The translations under genes were made by a program, and so were the position numbers. This document shows positions 49,812 to 59,635 of a stretch of 64,000 bases of DNA, piece by piece. The stretch lies in the NCBI GenBank assembly GCA_964291625.2, contig OZ220089.1, forward strand, positions 4,721,842-4,785,841, in the 5' to 3' direction. Source of the DNA: Candidatus Latescibacterota bacterium (lineage in GTDB: Bacteria > Latescibacterota > UBA2968 > UBA8231). Position 1 is the stretch's first letter. Each line of letters starts with the position of its first letter. The notes beneath the pieces were generated by a model. That model was not told the origin of the DNA and did no database searches. It saw only the letters and a program-made list of their open reading frames with translations.

Positions 49812-51780
49812 GGGACGGCAGGACATGCCAATCATCCGTCTCCATGGCCTCCTCTCCCTGTCGTGGCTTGCCCTGGCGCCCCCGGTGGGGGCGCTACCGC
49901 CTTGCGGGGAGCCGGGCACGATCAGCACCGTGACCGCCCCCGACGGCGGCGACTACATCGCCGCCTTCAGTGGCTACAAAGTCTACCCGCCGCAGGAGGT
50001 ACCCGGCTATCCGGGAAAGGTAGTCGCGCCGGAGTACCGCAGTCACTATCCCCAGTACCTGGCCGTCGATCCCCAAGGGCGCGTCCATGTCGCGGACTGG
50101 ACGATCATTTACCGTTTGGAGGCCGATGGCAGCGCTACGCGCATCGTCGGCGTACCCCAGTATCTGGACCATGACGGCAGCGGCAAAGGCCACGACAGGT
50201 ACTGGCCACCGCGTACACAGAAAGTGAATGTCCTCGTGGACACGGTGGCGGCGCTGGAGGCCCGTATCGCGCCGGGGGCAATGGCCTTCGACCGGCAGGG
50301 GCGGCTCTACTTCGTCGACTATGTCGACGCGTCCCAGGTGCTTAGGGTCGGAGGTCCGACGGCGGTGGCACGCATTGCGCGTCTGGAGACCGATGGGCGG
50401 GTCGTCACCTTCGCCGGGCTGGAGGAGTTTGGTTGGGTAAGTTCGCTGGTCTTCGATCTGGAGGGGCATCTGCTGTTGTCGGGTCATGGAGGGGTCTGGC
50501 GCATCGACGGCCAGGGAGATGTCTCCGGACCCATGGGGCCACCTGGACAAGGAGCTCTGCAAGTGGATGACCAGGGGAGACTGTACTTCCGGGCCCGTAA
50601 CCAGGTCTTCCGCCGCCATGCCGACGGCACGATCGAGCACATGGCAGGGTCGGCCTGGGAGGACCGCAAGGCCATGCGCGAGGCCGCGTTGGCGGGGGAG
50701 TGGTCGGAGGAGCGCCCGGGTGGGTACTATGTCGCCAATGGCGGGCCAGCGACCGAAGCTCCCTTCGACTTTGTGTCGGCCCTGGCTCTCGACTCGGACG
50801 GGTCCCTGTATGTAGCCAATTTCAACTTCCATCGCATCCATCGGGTGCGTCCCGACGGCGCCATCGAGACCGTCGCCGGCAACGGCCGGGGCTTCTTGGG
50901 GGCACCCGGTTGTTATGCCAGCGAGAAACGGGTGGCCGGGGGCCAACCCCGATGCCTGGACAATATCGGCGACGGCGGACCGGCGCTGGAGGCCCCGGTC
51001 TGGGAGCCCCATCGGCTGCAGATGACGCCGGACGGGGATCTTCTGATAGGGATGTGGCCGGGGGGAATGATGTGGGCGGGGGGCGACATCTCCCACCTGC
51101 GCCGCATCTGCCGGATCCGCGAGTGGATGGTGGCCACGGCGGTGGGGACGGTCGAGGAGGAGGTGCCGGCGAGTGGCGCCGAAGAAACGCTACCCTCCGT
51201 GCGTCTGTGGCCGAATCCCTCCAATGCCGCTGTCACCGTGGCCTTCGAGCTGGACCACCCGGCCTCCGTATCGGTACGGGTCTACGACGAGCTGGGACAG
51301 CGGGTACGGGTGCTGGCCGCCGAGGCCGAGCGCCCGGCGGGCTCCTACCAGTTCGTCTGGGACGGGCTCGACCAGGCCGGTCGGTCGCAGGCCTCCGGTA
51401 CCTACTTTCTGGTGGTGTCGGTCGATGGGACGGCGGAGAGCCACAAGCTGACCCTGCTGCATTGAGGGAGGATGGTTCTGGCACTTCGTCTCCATGGCCT
51501 CCTCTGCCTATCGTGGCTTGCCTTGGCGATCCCGGTGGGGGCGCTGCCGCCGTGCGGGGGAGCCGGGCACGATCAGCACCGTGACTGCCCCCGACGGCGG
51601 GGACTACATCGCCGCCTTCACTGGCTACAAGATCTACCCGACGGTTGAGGAGGGATTCCAAGGCGTAGATGGCCCGGTGGACCTGGTCGCGGCGCCGGAG
51701 TACCGCAGTCACTATCCGTGGTATCTGGCCGCAGGCCCCCAGGGTCGCGTCCATATCTCCGACGGGACGATCATCTACCG
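49557..51780 (+). repeat. ~560-bp imperfect direct repeat spanning CTD + stop + next gene's N-terminus (49557-50114 and 51211-51780)
   Basis: Both copies encode 'VTVAFELD..ASVSVR.YDELGQRVRVLAAEAERPAGSYQFVWDGLDQAGRSQASG.YFLVVSVDGT.ESHKLTLLH*', then 'RLHGLL.LSWLALA.PVGALPPCGEPGTISTVTAPDGGDYIAAF'. Confidence 0.9.
49825..51465 (+). CDS. Secreted NHL-repeat beta-propeller protein with C-terminal FlgD-Ig domain
   Basis: Signal peptide; NHL-like 'LAVDPQGRVHVAD', 'MAFDRQGRLYFVD', 'GDGGPALEA', 'IETVAGNG'; CTD almost identical to that of the upstream protease. Confidence 0.8.
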   Translation: MPIIRLHGLLSLSWLALAPPVGALPPCGEPGTISTVTAPDGGDYIAAFSGYKVYPPQEVPGYPGKVVAPEYRSHYPQYLAVDPQGRVHVADWTIIYRLEADGSATRIVGVPQYLDHDGSGKGHDRYWPPRTQKVNVLVDTVAALEARIAPGAMAFDRQGRLYFVDYVDASQVLRVGGPTAVARIARLETDGRVVTFAGLEEFGWVSSLVFDLEGHLLLSGHGGVWRIDGQGDVSGPMGPPGQGALQVDDQGRLYFRARNQVFRRHADGTIEHMAGSAWEDRKAMREAALAGEWSEERPGGYYVANGGPATEAPFDFVSALALDSDGSLYVANFNFHRIHRVRPDGAIETVAGNGRGFLGAPGCYASEKRVAGGQPRCLDNIGDGGPALEAPVWEPHRLQMTPDGDLLIGMWPGGMMWAGGDISHLRRICRIREWMVATAVGTVEEEVPASGAEETLPSVRLWPNPSNAAVTVAFELDHPASVSVRVYDELGQRVRVLAAEAERPAGSYQFVWDGLDQAGRSQASGTYFLVVSVDGTAESHKLTLLH

Positions 51781-52042
51781 CCGATGGAAGGCAGACGATC
51801 CCATGCATGCTGAAGGTCTGGATTGGTCCGGGATTCGACACTCGGTCATCGACGCGGACTATCTGGCCGCGGCCAGGTACGATCAACACTACGGCGCCTA
51901 TGCTACCCTTCCAGAGTGGTTTCTGGCTGAGCTCTCCGCCCGCGGAGAGGATGACTCCCCACATCAGGAGAAGCCAACGCTTGAGCGCTGGGCCGATCCC
52001 AGGATCCTGGAAGAGACGAGGAAGCACGTTGGTTCAGCTTGA
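51472..52042 (+). pseudogene. Truncated, frameshifted paralog of the NHL protein N-terminus joined to unrelated sequence
   Basis: ATG 51472 gives MVLALRLHGLLCLSWLALAIPVGALPPCG; G5 at 51556-51560 versus G4 in the paralog; homology stops at ~51787. Confidence 0.7.
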
Positions 52043-52862
52043 CTTGTCTGCTTACCGCCGTGGACATCGTTGGCGGGTTGAAGAGACGGGTGAGTGCCTG
52101 TTCCTGATCGATGTTGATCTGCCAGACCCGAACACCCCAGACATGCAGCACCTGCTCGAGATCGCCGACCAGCAACCCCAACGTGTCCGCGCTGCCTTGA
52201 ACATCTCGCCGGATGCAACAAAGGACAAGGAACGCCGGCGCCGGGTGAATGTGTGGTTGTACAGTCCCCGCCTCCTTGAAGAGGCGGGTCTCGTGAGACC
52301 GGAGAAACCGAGCATGTTCTATGGAACCGGCAACGCTGCGGGCCTGCATCTGATCACCCGTCACATGGCCTGGGATGACCCGATGGTACTGGACCGGGTG
52401 ATCCATGAAGCGGTCCACTACTGGTGGTGTGACCAGGTTGGAGAAGCACCATCGCTCTTGAACGAAGGGGTTGCGGCATACTTCGAGCGCACTCTCGCGA
52501 CCCAATCGCGAGAGAGGCAGAGCGAACTGGTCCATTCCTGGCGGAAGTATGCCGGTAGTGCCGAACCCGGATTCCTGGGCCGGCTCTGCAGGAACGAGAC
52601 CTTCTGGAGCGAAGATGCCGCCGGCGAGCCCGTCTACAAGGTTGGTGGACAGCTTGTCTCATTCCTGCTGGACCGTCATGGATTGCCAAAGGTGCGGCAG
52701 ATCTTCCTGGAGTCGCATTTTGAGGATCCCCACCTCGAGGAGCACATCGAGGAGGTGATCGGTGAGCCAATCGACTCTCTGGAGCAACAGATAGGGCGAT
52801 CGACACATTTTGTGCCGCCGCCGGGGTCCGGGCGGACGCCGAGTGAAGGGAGGGGCACGTGA
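52029..52862 (+). CDS. Gluzincin (peptidase MA-like) domain protein
   Basis: 'VIHEAVHYWW...PSLLNEGVAAY'; start uncertain (TTG 52029). Confidence 0.6.
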   Translation: MVQLDLSAYRRGHRWRVEETGECLFLIDVDLPDPNTPDMQHLLEIADQQPQRVRAALNISPDATKDKERRRRVNVWLYSPRLLEEAGLVRPEKPSMFYGTGNAAGLHLITRHMAWDDPMVLDRVIHEAVHYWWCDQVGEAPSLLNEGVAAYFERTLATQSRERQSELVHSWRKYAGSAEPGFLGRLCRNETFWSEDAAGEPVYKVGGQLVSFLLDRHGLPKVRQIFLESHFEDPHLEEHIEEVIGEPIDSLEQQIGRSTHFVPPPGSGRTPSEGRGT

Positions 52863-53920
52863 AGAAACGAACGTTCCGCGGTACACCCGCCGAGGTGGGC
52901 GCCGCCCAGGGCGCCATGAACCCCGAAGCAGCCCGGGCCTACGTCGATTTCTGGCTGGCCCGGCCCCACGACTTCGAGGCCCCGTACTTCCGGAAGAACC
53001 TGACCTTCATGCGCCGCGAGTTCCCGGACCTCGTCCAGCAGATCGAGGCTTTCGCCGAGGCCGCGGGCATGCCCTTCGACCACGCCTGGTACAGCCACCT
53101 GCATTGGACGGGGGCCGCGTCGGAGGCCTGCTCGACCCTGGGGATCGTCCTGCAGGAGGACGGGCCGGCGATGCTGTCGACCAACGACGGGCACGACGAC
53201 ACGGTGCCGGGCACGGTGGACAACACGGTGGTCTCCATCTTCCCCGACACGAAGCCCCATGGGATGATGGGGCTCGGCGGCCGGCGCCACGTCACCCTCG
53301 GGGCGGCGGTGAACGACTCGGGCCTGCTGGTGGGGGCCAACTCGGGGCACCGCCGGTTCAACCCCGTCTCCAACCCGGAGTGCCTCAACCTCTACTTCAT
53401 CGTCCACCTGCTGGCCCAGCACTGCGCCGACTGCGGCGACGTGCGCCACTTCGTCGAGCAGTACCGCCTCTCCGGGCAGAAGGGGATGATCCTGGTCACC
53501 GTCGACGCCGCGGGCAACATCCTCGGCCTGGAGCTGGAGTCGGAGAACATCGCCGTCTCCGAGGCCCAGGACGGCATGCTCCTGGAGGTCAACCACTGGC
53601 AGCACCCAACCCTCCAGGTGCCGTCCCGGCAGGCGAACCCCGACTGGTGGAACGGCTCCTACTACTACAACTCCCAGGCGCGGGTCATGTACTTCGCCCA
53701 CTACCGCGGCGTCTTCGCGCGCATGAAGAGCATGCAGGAGCTGGTCGACTTCTCCTTCGACGTCCACGCGCCGGGGCGCATCCTGCAGATGGCGGGCCTG
53801 AACGTGGACGACCTGATCTCCTGCCAGGTGATGTTCGCCTCCGCGAGGGAGCGGTCGATGAGGATCCACCTCCATCCCTTGGGCAAGGACGAGTACGAGG
53901 AGTTCCGCTACCCGGAGTGA
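52859..53920 (+). CDS. C45 family (Ntn-hydrolase, acyltransferase-like) peptidase
   Basis: 'FRGTPAEVGAAQG', autocleavage 'EA|CST', 'AVNDSGL', 'NH'. Confidence 0.75.
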   Translation: MKKRTFRGTPAEVGAAQGAMNPEAARAYVDFWLARPHDFEAPYFRKNLTFMRREFPDLVQQIEAFAEAAGMPFDHAWYSHLHWTGAASEACSTLGIVLQEDGPAMLSTNDGHDDTVPGTVDNTVVSIFPDTKPHGMMGLGGRRHVTLGAAVNDSGLLVGANSGHRRFNPVSNPECLNLYFIVHLLAQHCADCGDVRHFVEQYRLSGQKGMILVTVDAAGNILGLELESENIAVSEAQDGMLLEVNHWQHPTLQVPSRQANPDWWNGSYYYNSQARVMYFAHYRGVFARMKSMQELVDFSFDVHAPGRILQMAGLNVDDLISCQVMFASARERSMRIHLHPLGKDEYEEFRYPE

Positions 53921-53927
53921 GGGGCCG

Positions 53928-56105
53928 ATGACGATACAGATCGAGGGAAGGGTTCGGGAAGCGGATTCCGGGCGGGCGCTGGAAAATGTGTGCGTCTCCA
54001 ACGGCGAGCACGTGGTGCGGACCGATGCGGAGGGGCGCTACCGGCTGGAGGTCGAGCCGGGGGGGCACCGGTTCGTGTGGGTCTCGGTGCCCGGGGGCTT
54101 CCGGCTGCCGGCGGACTTCTACCGCTCCGTCCGCGGCTGGGAGGCTTCCCGGCGGGACGTCGACTTCGAGCTTGTCCCGGCGCCCGGCGGGGAGCGCGGG
54201 AACCTGCGGCTGGCCCACGTCACCGATACCCACGTGGGAGCGGTGGGGTACCGCATGACGGGGGAGATCGTGCGGGATGACCTGCGCGACCTGGTCGGCG
54301 AGGCCGCGCCGGACGTGATCGTGGTCAGCGGCGACCTGACCGACTGGGGGACGCCTCCCGAGCTGGAGAGCTTCCGCGAGGCGGTGGGGGACGTGGGGGT
54401 GCCGGTGATGCCCATGTTCGGCGGCCACGACGGCAACCGCGAGCGCTTCGGAGATCTGTCGGCCGAGCGTCTGGCGGAGCTGAAGCGCAACCGCCAGCAG
54501 CAGGAGATCCGGCGGATCGTCAAGCGGCGGGAGGGCGTCAGCTTCACCAAGAACTACGAGGAGGTCCTCGGGCCCTCGTGGTACAGCTTCGACCGGGGGG
54601 GCCGGCACTTCGTCCTCTATCCGAACGAGGAGAACTTCCTCACCCCACGGGACCGGGAGCGGAAGCAGGCCTGGCTGCTGGCCGACCTGGCGGCGCAGCC
54701 GGCCGGCCGGGAGGTGGTCGTCTTCATCCACATCCCCCCGTCGGCGGACCTGCTGGACCTGCTGAGCGGCTCCGGCGCGCGGCTGGTCCTGCACGGTCAC
54801 TGGCACGCGAGCAAGCTCCTCGTCCACCACGGGATCACGATCGCCGGGACGCCCCCCCTCGGCATCGGGGGCCTCGACACCCGCGCCCGGGGCTACCGTC
54901 TGATCGACTTCGGGGAAGGGGAGCCGCGGATCGCTCTCAGGCCGCTGGTCCGGGGCGGCTCCTCCCTCCCGCGGCAGGATCCGCCGATCACGCTGGAGGA
55001 GGGGAGCGGACCCCTTCAGGTCCTCTGGACGCAGCGGCTGCCGGCGGGGCTGCACCGGGCGGCGCCGGTGGCCTCGGAGGGCCGGGTCCTGGTGAGCCTG
55101 GCCCACGAGGACGATCCCGGGGGCAGCGGCGTGGCCTGCTTCGACGGGCGAGGCGGCGAGCGGCAGTGGCTGACGGCTGCCGATTCAGCGGTCAAGAACA
55201 GCGTGGCCCCGGGCCCGGGATGCTGCGCCGCCGTCTCCGTGTCCGGCCGGCTCCACCTGCTGGAGACGGACTCGGGACGGGTCCGCTGGCAGGCCGACCT
55301 GCCCGGCTTCCCCGAGCGCTGGGTCTACACCTCGCCCGTGATCGCCGGCGACACCGTGTTCGTCGGCAACAGGGGCGGCTGCGGCGCCTTCGACCTGGAG
55401 ACAGGCGAACAGCGGTGGTACGTCGTCTTCGACACCGGGGACGACGGCCCGTGCTACGCGGGCCCCCGGGTCTGGGGGGACCTCCTCGTCCTCTTCCTGC
55501 CGCGCCGGGGCCTGCTCGCCCTCGACCGGCAAGAGGGAGGGGTGGTGTGGGAGCGGAGCCTCTACGTCGAGCATCCCCTGGCCCGCCCCGCCCTGGCCGG
55601 CGACCTGCTGGTTAGCGGCAGCGAGGTCTCCGACGTGCACTGGTACCACGGGGACCCCGCCCCCCTGATCGTCCTGAGCATGCCGGCGGGGGAGATCGTC
55701 TGGCACCGCCCCGTCCTGCCCTCGAGGTACCCGGCGGGGCTGGCGGTCCGGGAGGACCGCATCTTCGCCACCACCCCGGATGGCGAAGCCCTGTGCCTGG
55801 ATCTGCACTCGGGGGAGCTGCTGTGGCGCTACGGGGTGGGGGATGACCTGCTGGACATGGTGACGGCCCGCCGCCAGGTGCGGTCGATTCTCGCCGACCC
55901 GGTCCTCCACGGGGACCGGGTGCTCGTGGGCGCCAACGACGGCTGCCTCCACGTCCTCGACGCACAGACCGGCGCCCGCGAGAGCCGCATAGCCTTCGGC
56001 TCCCCTATCTCCGCCTCCGTCTGTATCACCGGCGACGGGATCTGCCTGGGGACCTGCGACGGACGGCTGGTCTGTCTGGCGGACCCCGCCGGCTTCCGGG
56101 GCTGA
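53928..56105 (+). CDS. Calcineurin-like metallophosphoesterase fused to a PQQ-like beta-propeller
   Basis: 'VCVSNG...TDAEGRY' N-domain; 'HVTDTH', 'SGDLTD', 'GGHD', 'HGHWH'; repeated 'D.ETG...W' propeller blades. Confidence 0.8.
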   Translation: MTIQIEGRVREADSGRALENVCVSNGEHVVRTDAEGRYRLEVEPGGHRFVWVSVPGGFRLPADFYRSVRGWEASRRDVDFELVPAPGGERGNLRLAHVTDTHVGAVGYRMTGEIVRDDLRDLVGEAAPDVIVVSGDLTDWGTPPELESFREAVGDVGVPVMPMFGGHDGNRERFGDLSAERLAELKRNRQQQEIRRIVKRREGVSFTKNYEEVLGPSWYSFDRGGRHFVLYPNEENFLTPRDRERKQAWLLADLAAQPAGREVVVFIHIPPSADLLDLLSGSGARLVLHGHWHASKLLVHHGITIAGTPPLGIGGLDTRARGYRLIDFGEGEPRIALRPLVRGGSSLPRQDPPITLEEGSGPLQVLWTQRLPAGLHRAAPVASEGRVLVSLAHEDDPGGSGVACFDGRGGERQWLTAADSAVKNSVAPGPGCCAAVSVSGRLHLLETDSGRVRWQADLPGFPERWVYTSPVIAGDTVFVGNRGGCGAFDLETGEQRWYVVFDTGDDGPCYAGPRVWGDLLVLFLPRRGLLALDRQEGGVVWERSLYVEHPLARPALAGDLLVSGSEVSDVHWYHGDPAPLIVLSMPAGEIVWHRPVLPSRYPAGLAVREDRIFATTPDGEALCLDLHSGELLWRYGVGDDLLDMVTARRQVRSILADPVLHGDRVLVGANDGCLHVLDAQTGARESRIAFGSPISASVCITGDGICLGTCDGRLVCLADPAGFRG

Positions 56106-56114
56106 TCCGCCCGC

Positions 56115-58307
56115 CTACTGCGTCCAGAAGGAGTAGAGCCGGGCGTCGCGCAGGTGGAAGCGCAGGCGCACGGGGGCGCCTGAGGCGGGCAGCCGGTTCC
56201 GTTCCCGGAAGCGGATCCTCTGACGCACGGAGTCGCGGCTGCAGGGCACACAGTCCGCGGCCGTGTATCCCTGCAGCGGCCGGCCGGCAAGGTCCGTGAC
56301 CTCGACGCGCAGCTCGCCGCCGCGGGCATCGGCGTTCACGTACAACTGCGGGTGGAGCAGCTCCAGGGCCTTGGTCTCCAGCACCCCTCCGCCCGCTCCC
56401 GCGCCGGCGGAGACGAAGCCGTCGAGGCGCAGTTTCCCCATGCCGATGCGGCCCCAGGTGTCGTCCATCATGTGGATCTTGCGGCCCTCGTGGTCCCTCC
56501 ACAGGTGATCGGCGGTGCGGCCGCTGTAGTAGAACCACAGCTCGTCGCCGACGCGCACCGGCGGCACGGAGATCACCGTGTTGTTGGCCCAGTCCCACTC
56601 GTTGATGGTGCGGTCGCCGCAGGGGATCAGGGGCTCGCGGAAGGTGCGGTCCCAGTGCCGGGGGTCCCGCGCCGAGGCCAGCTGGATGTCGAGGCGGTGC
56701 AGCTTCCCGAGGTGGTACATGCGCATCAGGCACAGGTGCACGGTCTCGTAGAAGAAGGGGCTCATCGCGTAGATCTGGTCCTCCTCCTCGTCGCGGCCGT
56801 CCGCCGCCATCTGGAGGACCGTGTCCGACCAGCTCAGGCCGTCGGCGCTCTCGGCGTAGCCGCGTCCCCGGCGGCCCTGGTAGTGGAGCTTGGCCGTGGC
56901 GAAGTGGACGCCGCGCAGGGGGTCGAAGGCGGTGTCCGTGCAGTCGTAGGCCTGGGCGAGGATGGAGCCGCGGTCCTTCCAGTGGATGCCGTCGGCCGAG
57001 GTCAGCAGGGAGAAGCCCCGCACCTTGACCAGGGCCTTGTAGCGCTGCTCCGGGTCGGGCTCGTCCGGGTCCCGGGTGATCGAGTTCGCCGACCGCGCCC
57101 CGGTGGCGGCGTCCCAGGGCTCCCACAGCTCGTGCTCGGTCTCGTCCCGCTCGCGGCTGGCGATGACGATGTTGGTCTCCTCGACACCCTCGAAAGAGTG
57201 GAGGCCCAGCTTCGGCTTCTCCCAGTGGATGCCGTCGTCGCTGAAGGCGAGACCTGTGACGCTCCGCTTGAGGCGGCGCTCCTGCCGCGGCGGCGGGCCG
57301 TAGATCGGGCAGTAGGCCTTGTAGTACATGCGGAACTTCCCCGACTCGTCGCGGAAGACGGCGCCGCCGCCGAGGACGGCCCCGCCCTCCCAGGGGTGCT
57401 CGGGCACGATCAGGGGGTTGGCGGGATGCTTGTCGATGGCGTGGAGCCGGCGCTTCACGCCGCTTGTCCGGTGGATCAGCCAGTCGTCGACGAAGAGCTG
57501 CCGGGGCCGGCCCACGGGGATCGGCTCCACCGGCTTCGTCCTGCTGAACCTGAGCACGGGGGCCGGCTCGCCCGCCCGCAGCTCGGAGGCGCGCCGCAGC
57601 AGGCCGCCGGCGCGGATGTCGTCCCAGTGCCCGGAGCCGACGATCGCCGATGACGAGTCGTCCCCCAGGCGGGCGGCGAGGATGGGGGTGTCCGGGTCCT
57701 GGTCGGCGAAGGCGCCGACGAAGCGTTCCCGCCCCGGGGCCCCGGCCCAGAGCTGCACCGTGGGGGTCCCCTTGCGGCGCATGAGGATGAACCGCGTCCA
57801 GCGTCTCTGGGACAGGCCTGTCACGACCTGCCGGCGCCGGCGGGGCCGGCGTCCGCCGCCTTCGAGGATGTCGATGTCGTAGCGGCCGCTGTCCGCCGAG
57901 CCGCTGGCGGTCAGGGTGATCCCCGTGGGCCGGTCCATGTCGCTGTCGCAGGGCTGCAGGACGATCCAGTCGCGTAGCTCCACCGGCCTGGAGCGGACGG
58001 GCCGGAAGACGAACTCGACGACCGTGACCTCCGGCGGCGCCGGTGCGTCGGCCCGCGCCAGGACGCGGATCATGGCCCGCTGCTTTCGTGCCGTCGTCAC
58101 CGCGTGCAGGGCGCGCTCCCCGGCGAAGGCGAAGCCGCGGGTGACCTCGGTCACGCCGTGGGCCTCCTTGATCCACGGTTCGCCGAGCCAGCGCACGCCG
58201 GCGTTGTTCAGCCCGGTGAGGGTGTCGACGTAGCGCTCGGCGTCGACGTGGAGCACGGCGCCGTCGCTGCGGGGCGGGGGGAGGGGAGTGGGACGGGGGG
58301 GCTTCAT
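56115..58307 (-). CDS. Glycoside-hydrolase-like five-bladed beta-propeller protein (GH32/43-like fold)
   Basis: 'QLFVDD', 'PEHPWEG', Asp-boxes 'SDDGIHWEKP', 'SADGIHW', 'SADGLSW', 'LRLDGF', 'RLRFHL...LYSF'. Confidence 0.7.
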   Translation of the reverse strand: MKPPRPTPLPPPRSDGAVLHVDAERYVDTLTGLNNAGVRWLGEPWIKEAHGVTEVTRGFAFAGERALHAVTTARKQRAMIRVLARADAPAPPEVTVVEFVFRPVRSRPVELRDWIVLQPCDSDMDRPTGITLTASGSADSGRYDIDILEGGGRRPRRRRQVVTGLSQRRWTRFILMRRKGTPTVQLWAGAPGRERFVGAFADQDPDTPILAARLGDDSSSAIVGSGHWDDIRAGGLLRRASELRAGEPAPVLRFSRTKPVEPIPVGRPRQLFVDDWLIHRTSGVKRRLHAIDKHPANPLIVPEHPWEGGAVLGGGAVFRDESGKFRMYYKAYCPIYGPPPRQERRLKRSVTGLAFSDDGIHWEKPKLGLHSFEGVEETNIVIASRERDETEHELWEPWDAATGARSANSITRDPDEPDPEQRYKALVKVRGFSLLTSADGIHWKDRGSILAQAYDCTDTAFDPLRGVHFATAKLHYQGRRGRGYAESADGLSWSDTVLQMAADGRDEEEDQIYAMSPFFYETVHLCLMRMYHLGKLHRLDIQLASARDPRHWDRTFREPLIPCGDRTINEWDWANNTVISVPPVRVGDELWFYYSGRTADHLWRDHEGRKIHMMDDTWGRIGMGKLRLDGFVSAGAGAGGGVLETKALELLHPQLYVNADARGGELRVEVTDLAGRPLQGYTAADCVPCSRDSVRQRIRFRERNRLPASGAPVRLRFHLRDARLYSFWTQ

Positions 58308-58511
58308 GGATTGCTTCGCTTCCGTTGCCGATGGGGGAAACACCTCCGGGGCGCATGTGCGCGCGCCCGGAGGGCCGAACTTCGACATTGGATCTCAGGG
58401 TCGGCAAGCCGTCGCGGCTCCCGGGCCGGGGGCCGCGGCGTGCACGGCAGGGAAGCCGGGACGCCCGGGCGGGAGAGAGCGGAGCGTGGGCCTGGTTGGC
58501 GAGAGGGCGGC

Positions 58512-59162
58512 CTAGGGGCGGGCCTTGCCGGGGATCGCCTTGACCCGGGACCAGACTGGCCGGGCGGCCGGCTTGGGGCTCTCCCCCTCGCCGCAGTCCG
58601 TGGACAGGGGATCGTCCATCCAGCGCACGATGCGCCAGAGGCCGTCGTCGCCCTCGCGCATCTTGAAGGTCATCACCTGATCGACGAAGTAGCCCTCGTC
58701 CGGCCGCTGGAGGAGCCGGATCTCCACCCGGCCCCGGAAGACCTCCCAGTCTTCGTCGGGGTGCCCGTCGGGATCGCCCTCGAAGCTGTCGGGACGATCT
58801 CTGCCGAACTCGGTATAGCGCCGGGTGGGATGGAACTTCCAGTCGATGTTGCGGTAGATGTCGAAGATGCCGTGGGACGAGCCGTCGCGGGGGCCCATGA
58901 TCCGCAGCTCCTCCTCCTTGCCGTAGTAGTAGAGAAGGTCGCCCCTGCAGTCGGCCTCGGTGAACCAGAAGGCGTCGTCGAGGAGTGTCTCGTAGAGGTC
59001 CCTGTCGCGTTGGTTGAAGGCCCTCTCCAGGTTGTCCATCACCACCTGGGGAGTGGTCGCATCGGGGGGCGGGGAGGATTCCCCCGGTGTCACAGGCGGT
59101 GCAAAGATGTCGCAGCCGGCCAGGAGCAGCCCGGTCAGGGCGATGAGGGCGGATCGTGCCAT
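58512..59162 (-). CDS. Hypothetical lipoprotein
   Basis: Lipobox 'LLLAG|C'; GGAGG RBS. Confidence 0.7.
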   Translation of the reverse strand: MARSALIALTGLLLAGCDIFAPPVTPGESSPPPDATTPQVVMDNLERAFNQRDRDLYETLLDDAFWFTEADCRGDLLYYYGKEEELRIMGPRDGSSHGIFDIYRNIDWKFHPTRRYTEFGRDRPDSFEGDPDGHPDEDWEVFRGRVEIRLLQRPDEGYFVDQVMTFKMREGDDGLWRIVRWMDDPLSTDCGEGESPKPAARPVWSRVKAIPGKARP

Positions 59163-59268
59163 GGACTCTCGCCTCCTGCTGCGAGGCCGCTCTTGCCGTG
59201 GCGACGCTCCAACTCAGACGACCCGGTGACCCATCGGTTCCTGACCCTCCCCCAGGCGCCGATGCGAC

Positions 59269-59562
59269 TCACGCCACCTCCCGCGGGCGGATGGCGCGCA
59301 AGTCCTCGGCCTTCTCACGCGCCGCGAGTTCGAGTTCGTAGCGGTCCTGAAGGTTCATCCAACTCCGGGCATCAGTGTTGAAGTACCGCGCCAGACGCAG
59401 CGCGGTCTTCGCCGTGATTCCCCGGAGGCCGCGGACGATCTCGTTGATCCTCGCCGGCGTAACGCCGATCGCTCTCGCGAGGGCGGTGTCGGACAACTCC
59501 ATGGGCTCCATGAAGTCGTGCTTCAGAATCTCGCCGGGGTGGATGGGGTCCAGGCGGGTCAT
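59269..59562 (-). CDS. higA: HigA-family antitoxin (orphan)
   Basis: 'IHPGEILKHDFMEPM.LS...LARAIGV...RINEIVRG.RGITA.TALRLARYF.T....WMNLQ..YEL'; GAGGAGG RBS. Confidence 0.9.
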   Translation of the reverse strand: MTRLDPIHPGEILKHDFMEPMELSDTALARAIGVTPARINEIVRGLRGITAKTALRLARYFNTDARSWMNLQDRYELELAAREKAEDLRAIRPREVA

Positions 59563-59635
59563 GTCGTCACCTCCTCGAAGGTGATCAGGATCCAGGGTAT
59601 ATTCCGGCACACTCTCAAATAGGAGATCATGGACC

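Noticed and set aside
49557-51780. Diversity-generating retroelement TR/VR pair
   Set aside because: No reverse transcriptase in the window; differences between the copies are not adenine-specific and are largely synonymous.
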